Of a stretch of DNA of 42,601 nucleotides, positions 18,888 through 28,360 are shown in pieces. The stretch is from IMG/VR virus record IMGVR_UViG_3300032255_000005, positions 1 to 42,601 of that record, one strand, 5' to 3'. Each line of letters starts with the position of its first letter. The stretch's first letter is position 1. Under the pieces are notes generated by a model. That model was not told where the DNA came from. It worked only from the letters and a program-made list of their open reading frames with translations, and searched no databases. Made by a program: the position numbers and the translations under genes. The stretch is from an uncultured virus (IMG/VR IMGVR_UViG_3300032255_000005).

Positions 18888-18981
18888 CTTTTGGCTTGTT
18901 ATCAGCCTTTTTGTTTTCAGTTACAGGCGCATTATCTGAAGGAATGCGCGGTTTAATTGTTTTACGTTTTAATTCAGCCAT
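18862..18981 (-). CDS. Small basic hypothetical protein (39 aa)
   Basis: MAELKRKTIKPRIPSD... fills the gap between terminator protein and tube; below the ORF-track cutoff. Confidence 0.45.
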   Translation of the reverse strand: MAELKRKTIKPRIPSDNAPVTENKKADNKPKDEGNKNAG

Positions 18982-18983
18982 GA

Positions 18984-19427
18984 TTAATTACCCGGATCGT
19001 TATAGTTACGTGAATATTTTATTACCCATGCAGTACGCATGCTTGCTGCTGGTTTTTCACCTGCGCCTGTTATTTCTGGCTCACCTGCAGTGCCTTCTTC
19101 AACATCAATAACAAAGGCCAACCCCAGCTTTTCTACGGATTGAAGCGCCTTTGTAACCTCTTCTCGAATGAGGTTTAATTGAGTATCAATTGCGCTGGTT
19201 ATTTTTTTTACATGAAGATCAACATAAACCGTTAACGCCGAATTCATAATGGGCCATGAATCAGGGTCCGGTTCATCGCTGCCCTGGTAAATAGAAAGCG
19301 CGTTTTCAACATTCGCAGAAAATTCATCATCACTCGCACGACCACGCACAACGTTAGTGCCGGTTGTTGTTAAACCCGTTAGAGTGGTTGTAACCGTGGC
19401 CATTATTTGTTCTGCGCGATGCGTCAT
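18984..19427 (-). CDS. Tail terminator / completion protein
   Basis: MTHRAEQIMA...; synteny with lambda gpU. Confidence 0.65.
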   Translation of the reverse strand: MTHRAEQIMATVTTTLTGLTTTGTNVVRGRASDDEFSANVENALSIYQGSDEPDPDSWPIMNSALTVYVDLHVKKITSAIDTQLNLIREEVTKALQSVEKLGLAFVIDVEEGTAGEPEITGAGEKPAASMRTAWVIKYSRNYNDPGN

Positions 19428-19624
19428 TTAGCTTGCTCACTTTGCTGGCCTGTATCTATCCTTACTCCAACACCAGCAATCAGTGCAGCTAAACGAATAA
19501 TCACGCAAGCCACGCGAACACGAAAAATAAGTACATTTACTCCAGTAACCTTTACGTTTAACGTTAGTTTTTTAGCTATATCACCCGACTTTAAATACTT
19601 AACATGCATGTCTGTTTTGCTCAT
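19424..19624 (-). CDS. Hypothetical protein
   Basis: 66 aa, 4-bp overlaps with both neighbours. Confidence 0.55.
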   Translation of the reverse strand: MSKTDMHVKYLKSGDIAKKLTLNVKVTGVNVLIFRVRVACVIIRLAALIAGVGVRIDTGQQSEQAK

Positions 19625-20199
19625 TTAATTTTACCGAGATAATATTTCATGTTGTGTGCAAACTCTTTTTTCCATGTGTCACCCGAGACTTCTTTTAATA
19701 TTTTTATAACTTCTTTTTGAATGAAGGTTTTCGGGATACTGGGGCCATACATGGCTTTTATAGAGCCGCGTTTTTTACTTGTTCTTTGAAAAACGAGAAG
19801 TTTACCGCTGCCACGACCCCGCCCGATAAACGATCCCTTGAATTGTTTTTTCTTGCCGTAAGGTTTAGCAATAACCCCTTTCTTTTTTCTAAATGCACCC
19901 ACTTGACGCTTAGAGGGAGCAACAAATTCAATCAGGTTAAACTCTTTACCCTTTGCAACAACGTTTGCAAACAATCGCTTTGGTGTTGCTTTAACGCCGA
20001 TATGTAAATTCTTTTTAAATTTCTTTTGCTGCAACCCCGTTTTCTTCGCCACTTCACGCCGCGAAATCGTCTGCACCTTACTCGCTGTGCGATTAATAGA
20101 ACGAGAAGCCGCCTTAGTAACGGCTTTTTTTTCGACCTCAGATAAGTATCGCGTCACTTCCTTATAATCAGCCTTAATATCTAATTCGAAATTGCTCAT
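19621..20199 (-). CDS. Minor tail protein Z-like
   Basis: Basic protein, KAASRSINRTA...YGPSIP motif. Confidence 0.75.
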   Translation of the reverse strand: MSNFELDIKADYKEVTRYLSEVEKKAVTKAASRSINRTASKVQTISRREVAKKTGLQQKKFKKNLHIGVKATPKRLFANVVAKGKEFNLIEFVAPSKRQVGAFRKKKGVIAKPYGKKKQFKGSFIGRGRGSGKLLVFQRTSKKRGSIKAMYGPSIPKTFIQKEVIKILKEVSGDTWKKEFAHNMKYYLGKIK

Positions 20200-20498
20200 G
20201 CTTCGTGAAGAATTAATTTAATAGTTCGTCCTTCGGTAACAGGCTGGCGAACTGTAAACGCTTTGCTTGTGATGCCTTCAATATCACTGGAAACCGTAAC
20301 ACCGTCACCTTTATTTAGCCCACCAAGGTCTGCCGCTTTTCCTGTAAACACTGGCGCGTAACCATCAAAACCTGAAATTTCAACGTATGTTTGCTCATAA
20401 AAACCCGCATAAGTTGAACCTCCAACCGTAATGCTTGACTCAAAATCATTAAAGATATCGTCTAAATCAGCATCAAGTAATGTCGCATCTATTGTCAT
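20196..20498 (-). CDS. Head-tail joining protein
   Basis: 100 aa, synteny with lambda gpFII. Confidence 0.6.
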   Translation of the reverse strand: MTIDATLLDADLDDIFNDFESSITVGGSTYAGFYEQTYVEISGFDGYAPVFTGKAADLGGLNKGDGVTVSSDIEGITSKAFTVRQPVTEGRTIKLILHEA

Positions 20499-20502
20499 AA
20501 AT

Positions 20503-20527
20503 AAAAAAGCCCCGTTAACCGGGGCTT
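20503..20527 (-). terminator. Terminator after the capsid genes
   Basis: Minus strand AAGCCCCG-GTTAA-CGGGGCTTTTTT. Confidence 0.75.
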
Positions 20528-20572
20528 ACCAAAATTTGTACCATTGTTTTTTATTAGGGCATTTTTGCCCTA

Positions 20573-20788
20573 TTAATTTTTTTCGCCTTTCTTTTTTTCC
20601 AAAGACTCAGCTTTACCAATACCAATTAAATAATTAGCATCTTTTTCTGAAGCATTAATAACTTTATCTTTTTCAACTGGTTTGCCGCCGCAAACTGTAG
20701 ACTTTAATATTTTAATTTTCACGATTATTATCCTTTTATTAGAAACTACAGCGGAAATAAGTCCCGCTGCAGTTTTAGCTGTTAACAT
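20573..20788 (-). CDS. Small head-associated protein; true start likely GTG near 20722
   Basis: VKIKILKSTVCGG...ASEKDANYLIGIGKAE immediately after the capsid gene. Confidence 0.6.
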   Translation of the reverse strand: MLTAKTAAGLISAVVSNKRIIIVKIKILKSTVCGGKPVEKDKVINASEKDANYLIGIGKAESLEKKKGEKN

Positions 20789-22710
20789 TAAGCAGTTAAT
20801 GCGTCCTGCATTGCTGCAAAAGATTCGCCATGGCGTGCAGCCATGTCTACATCTTGCAGTGCAACAACACGAACAGTGCCACTTGTTGAGCCAGTGAATG
20901 GATCAACAGTTAAGTCCAGACCACCCCACATACCAATCAAGTAGTCAGCAAAGTTACCGTAGATAATTGCGGAACAAACACCTACGCTAGTGCCCTTGGT
21001 TAAATTGGATGGCACTTGATTGGTTACCATTGATTCATAACCATTCATTTCGCCGCCTTCAGACCAAATAAACTGGGCAGTAGAAGCAACCTTTTCAGTT
21101 TGTTTCAACTTACCTCGAACCACGGCATTGGTGAGGTAACGCAACGAACCTACATCTGCATTGTCCACTGCTACAGCAGTTTCAAGGTCAACAATATGAT
21201 TCCATGCAGGCGCTAAGCCATTTGCACCACCCGCCACAACACCTATACCCGTAGTGCTTAAAATACCGGTTGGTTGATTGCTTGCACCTGAGCCGTTAAT
21301 GGCTGCACGATCAATTTCCAATGCAAGAGTGCGTGCTAAATCCATGCGTACAAAACTTTCCACGTCGATTGAAGACTGAAGCAATAGCTTACGGCTAAAG
21401 TCAGTGAAAGCACCTAAAGTTTTAGGTGATAATGTTACCTGATCAAATGTTGCTTCGCTTTCAGTTGGGGCGCCAGACTCAGCAACCCAGTAAGCAGCTG
21501 CACCACCTGTTTGACGGGGAATTGCCAAATTACCGTTCAAGTCTTTTAAGACTGTAGCCATACCAGGCTGCATCATCATTGATTTGTTGCTTAACATATC
21601 AATAAAGCTGCCAGACATAAGATCGGTTGCAACAGTGTTGCCACCAGCTGATCCCGTAGTTACATTAAGATCACGTGTCATGCCTTCGTTCATTGCGCGC
21701 TTAAGCATATCCACTGGCACCATAATGCCTTGAACGTCTTTACGCATTTTATCACCAGCTGCGCGAGAACATTCAATTTCAAATGCAGCAGCTTCTTGCG
21801 CCTTATGGTCACGAGGATTTGCCATTGCATTTAATGCACGAACAAAACTGAATTTGTCCATCTCGCGTTCTGACATACCAATATCAGGCGCTTCAGCTTC
21901 GACAGGTTTAACACCACCAAAACGTTCAAGCGCCGCTTCCCGGAATGACTCGACAGATTTACCGTTATCAACAAAGTTGCGTGCTAAATCAGTCATGCCA
22001 TACTTATCACCAATCGCATTAATTTCATTTACACGATTGCGCTCTTGCTCAACACCTTCAGAGCGAACTTGAGTTACATTTACTTTAGGCGTTTCTTTTA
22101 CCACCGGGGTTTCTTTTTCGATTGAATCAGACATTGTCCGGTTCTCCTGTTTAGTAGTTTGAATTTCAATTGAATTATCATCGTCAGCCGAACGACCAAC
22201 ACCAACAGTGGCATCAGCAGGAACAGAGACAATGCTTATTTCATACGGCTCCCAATCTGTAACACGATAGCTATCACCTTCATCGCTCTGTTCTTCAAGA
22301 ACAGCTTTATGAATACGATAACCAACTGAAACCGATTTTCGGATACCATCGACCACATCATTAAAAATTTCTGTCGCTCTCTCGCTTCTTCCAAAGCGAA
22401 CCATTGCCCGCCCCCGGCGGTCTTTGTCGATAGAAATAGACTCAATTACACCAACATGGTCACGGTGATCATGGTCAACTAGAATCGGCCCACCTTCCTG
22501 AAGGCGACCGAGCCTTACAGATGTAGATGAGTGATCAAGTATTTCATTACCGAACCAGCGTTCAACTGGTTCTTCAGAAGAAAACGCTAACTCAGCAGTG
22601 CGTGCTTCTTCATTAACATCTTCGCGAATAAAAAAAGCAGTACGCTCTAATGGCTTGCTTTTAATCTTCTGTATTTGCGTCTTTGCTTTCGTCATCATCT
22701 TCTTCCTCAT
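20788..22710 (-). CDS. Fused prohead protease / major capsid protein (HK97 fold)
   Basis: N-terminal LVDHD...VSVGYRI...WEPYEISIVSVPADATVG protease; C-terminal AYWVAE...LSPKTLGAFTDFSRKLL capsid. Confidence 0.92.
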   Translation of the reverse strand: MRKKMMTKAKTQIQKIKSKPLERTAFFIREDVNEEARTAELAFSSEEPVERWFGNEILDHSSTSVRLGRLQEGGPILVDHDHRDHVGVIESISIDKDRRGRAMVRFGRSERATEIFNDVVDGIRKSVSVGYRIHKAVLEEQSDEGDSYRVTDWEPYEISIVSVPADATVGVGRSADDDNSIEIQTTKQENRTMSDSIEKETPVVKETPKVNVTQVRSEGVEQERNRVNEINAIGDKYGMTDLARNFVDNGKSVESFREAALERFGGVKPVEAEAPDIGMSEREMDKFSFVRALNAMANPRDHKAQEAAAFEIECSRAAGDKMRKDVQGIMVPVDMLKRAMNEGMTRDLNVTTGSAGGNTVATDLMSGSFIDMLSNKSMMMQPGMATVLKDLNGNLAIPRQTGGAAAYWVAESGAPTESEATFDQVTLSPKTLGAFTDFSRKLLLQSSIDVESFVRMDLARTLALEIDRAAINGSGASNQPTGILSTTGIGVVAGGANGLAPAWNHIVDLETAVAVDNADVGSLRYLTNAVVRGKLKQTEKVASTAQFIWSEGGEMNGYESMVTNQVPSNLTKGTSVGVCSAIIYGNFADYLIGMWGGLDLTVDPFTGSTSGTVRVVALQDVDMAARHGESFAAMQDALTA

Positions 22711-24205
22711 TAAACGAAGAACCCGCCTTATCGGCGGGTTCCATTTTTAAATTTCTATTTTTAAGTTCTTTTTCCCAGTCTTCCCATTCATCGAGTATTT
22801 CAACAGGATCACCTCCCATTTCTCGAATAACTGACTGGGGACTTTTTAATTTATTATCAAAAGCAATTTGATGTGCTGCTAATTCTTTTTGTGGATCAAC
22901 CCACTGCCACCGGCGTGGTTGCCAGGTTACATTCTGATAGTTTTCCTCTCTATCTACCTTTAAAGGACGCCCCATTACTTTTAATGAGCCTGCCAACAAA
23001 GACATGCTTAACCAATCACGGTAAACAGGCTCACAAAAAGATTCAATCATCCATTCTTGTAATAGCATCCATATAGCGCGCTCTTCAAGCGCACCCTGAC
23101 GTAGACTTGAAAAGTTAACCCCCTCTAAATCATTTGCAAGTGAGTTATAAGTTACGCCGAGGCCAGAAGATATTCCGCGCAAACAGGCTTTAACAAAATC
23201 TTTATAAGCGCTATTTGGGTGCTGTGGATCTATTAAATTAAGTTTGTATCCTTCAGGGGTAACTTCAATCGTGCCACTATCAAAGTCCTGTACAAAGGAT
23301 CCGTCTTCCTGCTTTTCCATTTGGTTGGATGGATCATTAACAGGCGCCAGCTCATCAGTTCGTTCATAAACAGCAAACTTAGCCGCACTTGCGCGACTTG
23401 CTACAAGCTCAGCTTCTTCATAACCGGCAAGCATATTTAAACGCATTAAGCCTGCTGACACCGAGGGGATGCCGCGAGTCTGCCATACCCATTCCGGTAA
23501 AAACTCATGATAAATTTCATCAGCGGGGATGCGTGTATAGCGACGACCACCAAACTGGTAATCGTCTGCAGTTTGTTTTGTTGTTAGTAAATAATATGCA
23601 ACAGGTTGTCGCCACTCATTAAGTTCAACCCCCATCCGAATAACATTACCGTTTTTTAAATCGTGGTTATGTTCAACATCTAATAATTCAGGATCAAGAA
23701 ACTGCAAAGCAAAACGAAACTTGTTACCATTCCACCCTCTAATTTTACGAACCAAAACTTCGCCATCACGAGAGAGCGTTTCAATAAACAAACGCTGAAT
23801 AGCTTTCCAGCTAAATTTTCCTGTTACGTCAGCAGAGCCTTGTTTGCCCCATTCTTTCCATCCTGATTTAATTGATTCCGTTGCCAAAACATCTGCTTTA
23901 CCTTTGGCATCAATAACGCGAGGCTTTAAAATAATCCCTGTGTGTCCAACAACATTTGTTTTAACTAGACTTAAAAAGCGACGAACATAATCGTTATTTT
24001 GAGCTTCATGTCGCGCTCGCGCACGTAGTTTTTTTAACCCGTTACGAATATCAACATCAATTGGTTTAGTTGTTGTTGTCCAGCTTGCTGTTAAGTTAGA
24101 AACTTGCGCGCTTGTGAAACTACGTTTTTGATGTGCGGCTTTGCTATTGAGTGCGCGCCATGCTGAATTAACGGCTCGCTGTGCAATATTTTTCATTACT
24201 CCCAT
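22661..24205 (-). CDS. Portal protein, lambda family
   Basis: LRARARHEAQNN, QTRGIP, DLEGVNFSSLRQG, WVDPQKE. Confidence 0.92.
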   Translation of the reverse strand: MGVMKNIAQRAVNSAWRALNSKAAHQKRSFTSAQVSNLTASWTTTTKPIDVDIRNGLKKLRARARHEAQNNDYVRRFLSLVKTNVVGHTGIILKPRVIDAKGKADVLATESIKSGWKEWGKQGSADVTGKFSWKAIQRLFIETLSRDGEVLVRKIRGWNGNKFRFALQFLDPELLDVEHNHDLKNGNVIRMGVELNEWRQPVAYYLLTTKQTADDYQFGGRRYTRIPADEIYHEFLPEWVWQTRGIPSVSAGLMRLNMLAGYEEAELVASRASAAKFAVYERTDELAPVNDPSNQMEKQEDGSFVQDFDSGTIEVTPEGYKLNLIDPQHPNSAYKDFVKACLRGISSGLGVTYNSLANDLEGVNFSSLRQGALEERAIWMLLQEWMIESFCEPVYRDWLSMSLLAGSLKVMGRPLKVDREENYQNVTWQPRRWQWVDPQKELAAHQIAFDNKLKSPQSVIREMGGDPVEILDEWEDWEKELKNRNLKMEPADKAGSSFNEEEDDDESKDANTED

Positions 24206-24765
24206 TAGAAACGCACCTGACCTTTGTTAGCTGGAGCATCACCATTGTTGATGCTTTCAGCCTGTAATTCTTGCTTATATAAAATCTTGTAATGATTTTG
24301 CCATTTAATAAGCTCTTCGGACGTCATACGGGCAACAGTTGTACCATTAATGGTGTAGCTAATCTGGTCTTTGCTTGCCTTACCAAGAATAGTTGCTTCT
24401 AATGCATCAAGCACATTCTTAACATGGCTGGTGTTATCGTAGCCTGTTGATTGAGTCGCAAAGTTAGGCTTAATCTCTAAGCGTGCGCTTCCTGCTGGAT
24501 AACGCTCCGTTCCTTTGGTTACATACGACTGCCAGTGATAAATTCCTGCGGTATAACCTTTTGAATCATTCGCAGAGATAGAAATTAAATGTGAACCATC
24601 ACCATTATCTGTTGCTGTTAACGTGATTATTTTGCCCGTCATAACGAGAGCGTAAGTTAATACCCAGCCATCAGCAGGCAAATAATCTGAAAGTGATTTA
24701 GTCCACTTAACAGTATTGCCTGCAGTAAAAACGACAGGTTCTTTTGTTGGAATAGTTGCAGTCAT
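24205..24765 (-). CDS. Head-tail adaptor (gpW-like C-terminus)
   Basis: Between terL and portal; LDALEATI...SYTINGTTV. Confidence 0.6.
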   Translation of the reverse strand: MTATIPTKEPVVFTAGNTVKWTKSLSDYLPADGWVLTYALVMTGKIITLTATDNGDGSHLISISANDSKGYTAGIYHWQSYVTKGTERYPAGSARLEIKPNFATQSTGYDNTSHVKNVLDALEATILGKASKDQISYTINGTTVARMTSEELIKWQNHYKILYKQELQAESINNGDAPANKGQVRF

Positions 24766-24767
24766 AA

Positions 24768-26837
24768 TTACCAGTTGTTTACAAAGCCGCCGCGTTTACG
24801 CTTGCGAGAATTTTGTTTTTGATTTTCTTTCGCTTCTGTTTTTTCATCAGTTTGCGAAAACATATCAGCTTGTATTAATTTTTGTTCTAGGTTCTGCCAC
24901 CATGCTGGTGACTGCGCATGCAGCTTAATACTTCTTGCCGCGTGTAAACTCATAGACTTACAATCAAGAAATTCATTACGAACGCCTGATTTCTTTTGCC
25001 ACACCATTTTGCCGCGAACACTTCTATGCGGAGCTTTAATTTCTGATGTTATCTGCTCGTAAAAGTCAGCACGAATATCTTGATACCAGTGCATACGACC
25101 AGCACCACTACCAAGTAAAGTAATGCGACCATGATCCCCAATCAATAAATCTTTTGCTTTGTATGTGCCGACGATATAAACCTGCAACCCATACTTACTA
25201 GCTTTTGTTTTTGTTTTAAAATCTACTTTTCGCGGAGCGCTATATATCTCTCTATTGCCATAATCATTTGATGAACCTTTAACCGCCATAACACCATGGC
25301 GCTGCCTTGTTCTTACATAATGATAAACCGCGTCAGACGTTTGACCGTCTGATGAATCAATGGAAACGGCGCTCATATTGATTGTAAAACCCTTCACATG
25401 TTTGCGAGGGGTAAATAATAATTTATCAAGCTCATCCCAAACGGGATCTTTAATGTCAACAGTACTTGATTTTGCAGCTATCTCACCGCAATAACTTGTC
25501 CAACTTTCTTCATCTCTACCATAGGCATCTATAATAATTGCCAATCGATCATGCTGAACATCGACACCGGCAGTAAGAACAAGACCGCCTTCAGGTATTG
25601 TTAACTCCTCATAATCTTCTGCGCGGTCAGCAAGTTCATCCATTGCGGGTGCATTTGATTGATACTCGTAAGGCCGGCCAAGCTTTGAATTTTGAAAAAC
25701 AATTAAACCAGACTGATCACCTTTCTCTGCATCATGCAAGGCTTCAAGATAATCACGAACAACATCAGCTAAAGACGTACCAGGTATACAAACATAAAGC
25801 TCATTAAGCTCTTTGAATCCTATGATACCGCCAGAAACCTCAACTGTTGGAACCCAGCCAAACATTGGATCTTTATCCAATGCCGACTGCTTAACAGTAT
25901 TAATTATATTTTGTTGCCGTTGGTAATCATCCCAAACCGAACCACAATGAGGACAAGCATAAACTGATGAATCTGGCTTAGCGTGTCCATATACCGGATG
26001 CGCCTGACCTTCATCACTTGTAACCCACGTGACATTTTCGAAATCTAAAACATGTTTTTCACCGCAGTCATTACATGCAATAGGTAAAACTCGCTGATCA
26101 GATAATTCAATATGTTCTTCAACCCTAGATACTCCTTTTACAGAAGGAGTCCCGCCTAAGACCAACAGCCCATCACGAAAACGCTTTTGTCTTTCTTTAA
26201 CAAGACGAATAGCATCGCCCTGATCTTTAACGTTATCGCAAGTTTGATCGGGCTCTTCAATAACAACAATCCGAGCAGGCGTTGACTGCACATTACTAAT
26301 TGAATTTGAACCAGCTAACTTTGCAAAACCACCGGGAAAATTTTTAAACAACGATCTATTCCCAGACTTGCGGCTAGTTGATACATCAATTTTGCTTGAT
26401 AAAGCAGGTGTTGCTTTTATCGCAGGAGTAAGTTTTTCATCAGAGAACTCACGCGCTGCCCCATCCTTCGGAAACAAAATAACCATTGGGCATGGCTCAA
26501 CATCAATTTTTTTTCCCACCCAACCAATTAAACCAAACGTCCAACCAATCTGTGCCGCTTTCATTGTTACAACAATGCGAGTTTTTATATCATCTAACGC
26601 TGCAAAGATACCCCATAAGTATGGAACGTAGTCAGGATTATAAGGTCCCGGTAACGCAGCGCCTTCTGAAGGTAAGCGATACTCTTCACGCAGCCACTCA
26701 AGCGTTGCTCTTTTACGAGGCGGCTCCCACTTCTTCCCCACCCTCAATATCATCTTGCGAAATGTTTTGTGGGTAGCTTGCGATAGCTGTGAAGGCAGAG
26801 CCAAGTGATTCATCAATAAAACCCTGTTCAATCTCAA
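24768..26837 (-). CDS. Terminase large subunit (lambda GpA family)
   Basis: MKAAQIGWT Walker A; GTPSVKG; LTAGVDVQHDR; RNEFLDC. Confidence 0.93.
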   Translation of the reverse strand: MRLNRVLLMNHLALPSQLSQATHKTFRKMILRVGKKWEPPRKRATLEWLREEYRLPSEGAALPGPYNPDYVPYLWGIFAALDDIKTRIVVTMKAAQIGWTFGLIGWVGKKIDVEPCPMVILFPKDGAAREFSDEKLTPAIKATPALSSKIDVSTSRKSGNRSLFKNFPGGFAKLAGSNSISNVQSTPARIVVIEEPDQTCDNVKDQGDAIRLVKERQKRFRDGLLVLGGTPSVKGVSRVEEHIELSDQRVLPIACNDCGEKHVLDFENVTWVTSDEGQAHPVYGHAKPDSSVYACPHCGSVWDDYQRQQNIINTVKQSALDKDPMFGWVPTVEVSGGIIGFKELNELYVCIPGTSLADVVRDYLEALHDAEKGDQSGLIVFQNSKLGRPYEYQSNAPAMDELADRAEDYEELTIPEGGLVLTAGVDVQHDRLAIIIDAYGRDEESWTSYCGEIAAKSSTVDIKDPVWDELDKLLFTPRKHVKGFTINMSAVSIDSSDGQTSDAVYHYVRTRQRHGVMAVKGSSNDYGNREIYSAPRKVDFKTKTKASKYGLQVYIVGTYKAKDLLIGDHGRITLLGSGAGRMHWYQDIRADFYEQITSEIKAPHRSVRGKMVWQKKSGVRNEFLDCKSMSLHAARSIKLHAQSPAWWQNLEQKLIQADMFSQTDEKTEAKENQKQNSRKRKRGGFVNNW

Positions 26838-27207
26838 TGCTATGTTTGTTTTCTAAATTTGCAATAATTTTATCCATAGCGTTTCTAACTTCGGAACGGG
26901 CTAACACTGCCCAGTTATCTAGCATTGGTTCTATCTCTTCAACAGAAACCAGTAATTTAATTTTTTCGTAAAAATCGAGTTCTTTTAATTGCGCGTTAGC
27001 TTCTGATTCTCGAATCTTAGCTTTAGCTGCATTCTCTTGATGAGTACCACCACGACCAGCCGCTTGCTCTCGCATAAGGCGAATATAACCAATGCGAATA
27101 TCAGTTAAAGATGCGGTTCGATGGTTAAGGTTTATTTTTTTTAAAACGTCACGCAGATTACGTTCTGACATATCAAGATGTGCAGCGATTGATTCTAATG
27201 TTGCCAT
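26713..27207 (-). CDS. Terminase small subunit (Nu1-like)
   Basis: N-terminal wHTH IAAHLDMSERN, LMREQAAGRG, coiled-coil; directly upstream of terL. Confidence 0.85.
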   Translation of the reverse strand: MATLESIAAHLDMSERNLRDVLKKINLNHRTASLTDIRIGYIRLMREQAAGRGGTHQENAAKAKIRESEANAQLKELDFYEKIKLLVSVEEIEPMLDNWAVLARSEVRNAMDKIIANLENKHSIEIEQGFIDESLGSAFTAIASYPQNISQDDIEGGEEVGAAS

Positions 27208-27301
27208 AATGAATGTCTGTAAAAGCTCTTGTTTTATTTGCTACCAATTAGATAGGGCAATGAACCGGAACCCCCCATAGGGTTAAATATCTGCAAAAAT
27301 T

Positions 27302-27345
27302 CCGCGATGCTTAGCCCCGTATAGACCAAATGGCTAGGGAGTACC
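27302..27345 (-). other. Putative cos site (cosQ/cosN-like)
   Basis: Minus strand GGTACTCCC...TACGGGGCTAAGCATCGCGG resembles lambda GGGTCCT...TACGGGGCGGCGACCTCGCGG; just upstream of terS. Confidence 0.6.
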
Positions 27346-27347
27346 TT

Positions 27348-27617
27348 TTAACATGAAGGATGGTCTTCATTGTCGTCACGCTGGTACTTTAGTTTCTCTA
27401 GCTCTAATTCGTGTGCTTTCTTTCGCCAGTACCAGTTGATGTAGATATTGGACGCTAGTGTTATGAAACCTAACAGCATCCCAAATATTGCTGCAGCTTC
27501 TTGTGCTGTAAAAACACCAAAGAATGTAATGCTGCCACTCGCTGTGTATGCCGCCTTGGTTGCTACTGCCCCAGCAACTTGAAGTTTGTCTGACATCCTT
27601 TGCTTTCCCCTGGGCAA
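27348..27617 (-). CDS. Holin (HP1/lambda S-like); start likely MSDK
   Basis: AAYTASG...TM...YINWYWRKK; first gene after the late promoter. Confidence 0.7.
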   Translation of the reverse strand: MPRGKQRMSDKLQVAGAVATKAAYTASGSITFFGVFTAQEAAAIFGMLLGFITLASNIYINWYWRKKAHELELEKLKYQRDDNEDHPSC

Positions 27618-27618
27618 T

Positions 27619-27645
27619 AAAAAAGCCCCGCTGAGTGAGCGGGGC
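27619..27645 (-). terminator. tR'-like terminator after the late promoter
   Basis: GCCCCGCT-CACTC-AGCGGGGC-TTTTTT on the minus strand. Confidence 0.8.
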
Positions 27646-27681
27646 TTTGTGTTTGTGTGTCAGTTGTGTGACGTTAAAGGA

Positions 27682-27710
27682 TTTATACGCCTTCGAGCCT
27701 AGGCAGTCAA
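27682..27710 (-). promoter_or_regulatory. Late promoter, pR'-like
   Basis: TTGACT-N17-TATAAA right after the Q-like gene and before a terminator. Confidence 0.75.
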
Positions 27711-27714
27711 GTGT

Positions 27715-28131
27715 TTATTTTAATATTCTTGCAAAAACAAACATTTCACCGCTGGATACTTTGTTTTGATATAAACTTCTCGAAATATTCATGCTCTTTG
27801 CTGCCTCCTTTTCAATTTGATTATCCTCGTACTTATACTTGAGCGCCATAAATAACATGGGGTGAGTGCTACTCAATAGTTTCATAGCAACATCAACCTC
27901 CTTTACTAAGTTAGATGGCGCGCTAATCATTGGGGCTCGCTTCTGTTTACTAATTCCCTCAGACAGCACACATGACTGAGAAGGATAGCCTTTGCACTTC
28001 CCCCCCATAACAGGCGCATTCATATACTCTCCCCATAAAGTTAACGCTCTCTTTGTTGAATTGATATTCATCCTACTCTCTCTCCATGGCATGCCTAAAG
28101 TTTCTAAGTGTTTCAATGTGTTCGGCATCAT
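27715..28131 (-). other. Antitermination protein Q-like
   Basis: L..WG..., C-terminal HTH (AAKSMNISRSLY); precedes a pR'/tR' arrangement. Confidence 0.65.
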
Positions 28132-28300
28132 CAGGATCCTTTGAACCTTCTTTTTCTTTAAGGGAATTTATATACTCTCGCTTAGAGTTGTCACTCATAT
28201 TTCTGTACGCCGAACTAAGTGCGCCTAATAGAAAATATAGATGACTGTTATCGTGGTCTAGCTCAGCCTCGTTAACTTGAACCTTTTTATCGTTTGACAT
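28073..28300 (-). CDS. Hypothetical protein, paralog of 33409-33633
   Basis: Shares ELDHDNSHLYFLLGALS and a similar C-terminus. Confidence 0.75.
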   Translation of the reverse strand: MSNDKKVQVNEAELDHDNSHLYFLLGALSSAYRNMSDNSKREYINSLKEKEGSKDPDDAEHIETLRNFRHAMERE

Positions 28301-28360
28301 TTTATTTAACCCTTCTGTTTAATTTGTTTTAGTAGTTAATCTCAAATAATGTATTCATAG

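Noticed and set aside
4323-26971. Numerous short antisense or alternate-frame ORFs inside integrase, tail, capsid, portal and terminase genes
   Set aside because: Shadow ORFs fully overlapping well-supported genes, with no motifs.
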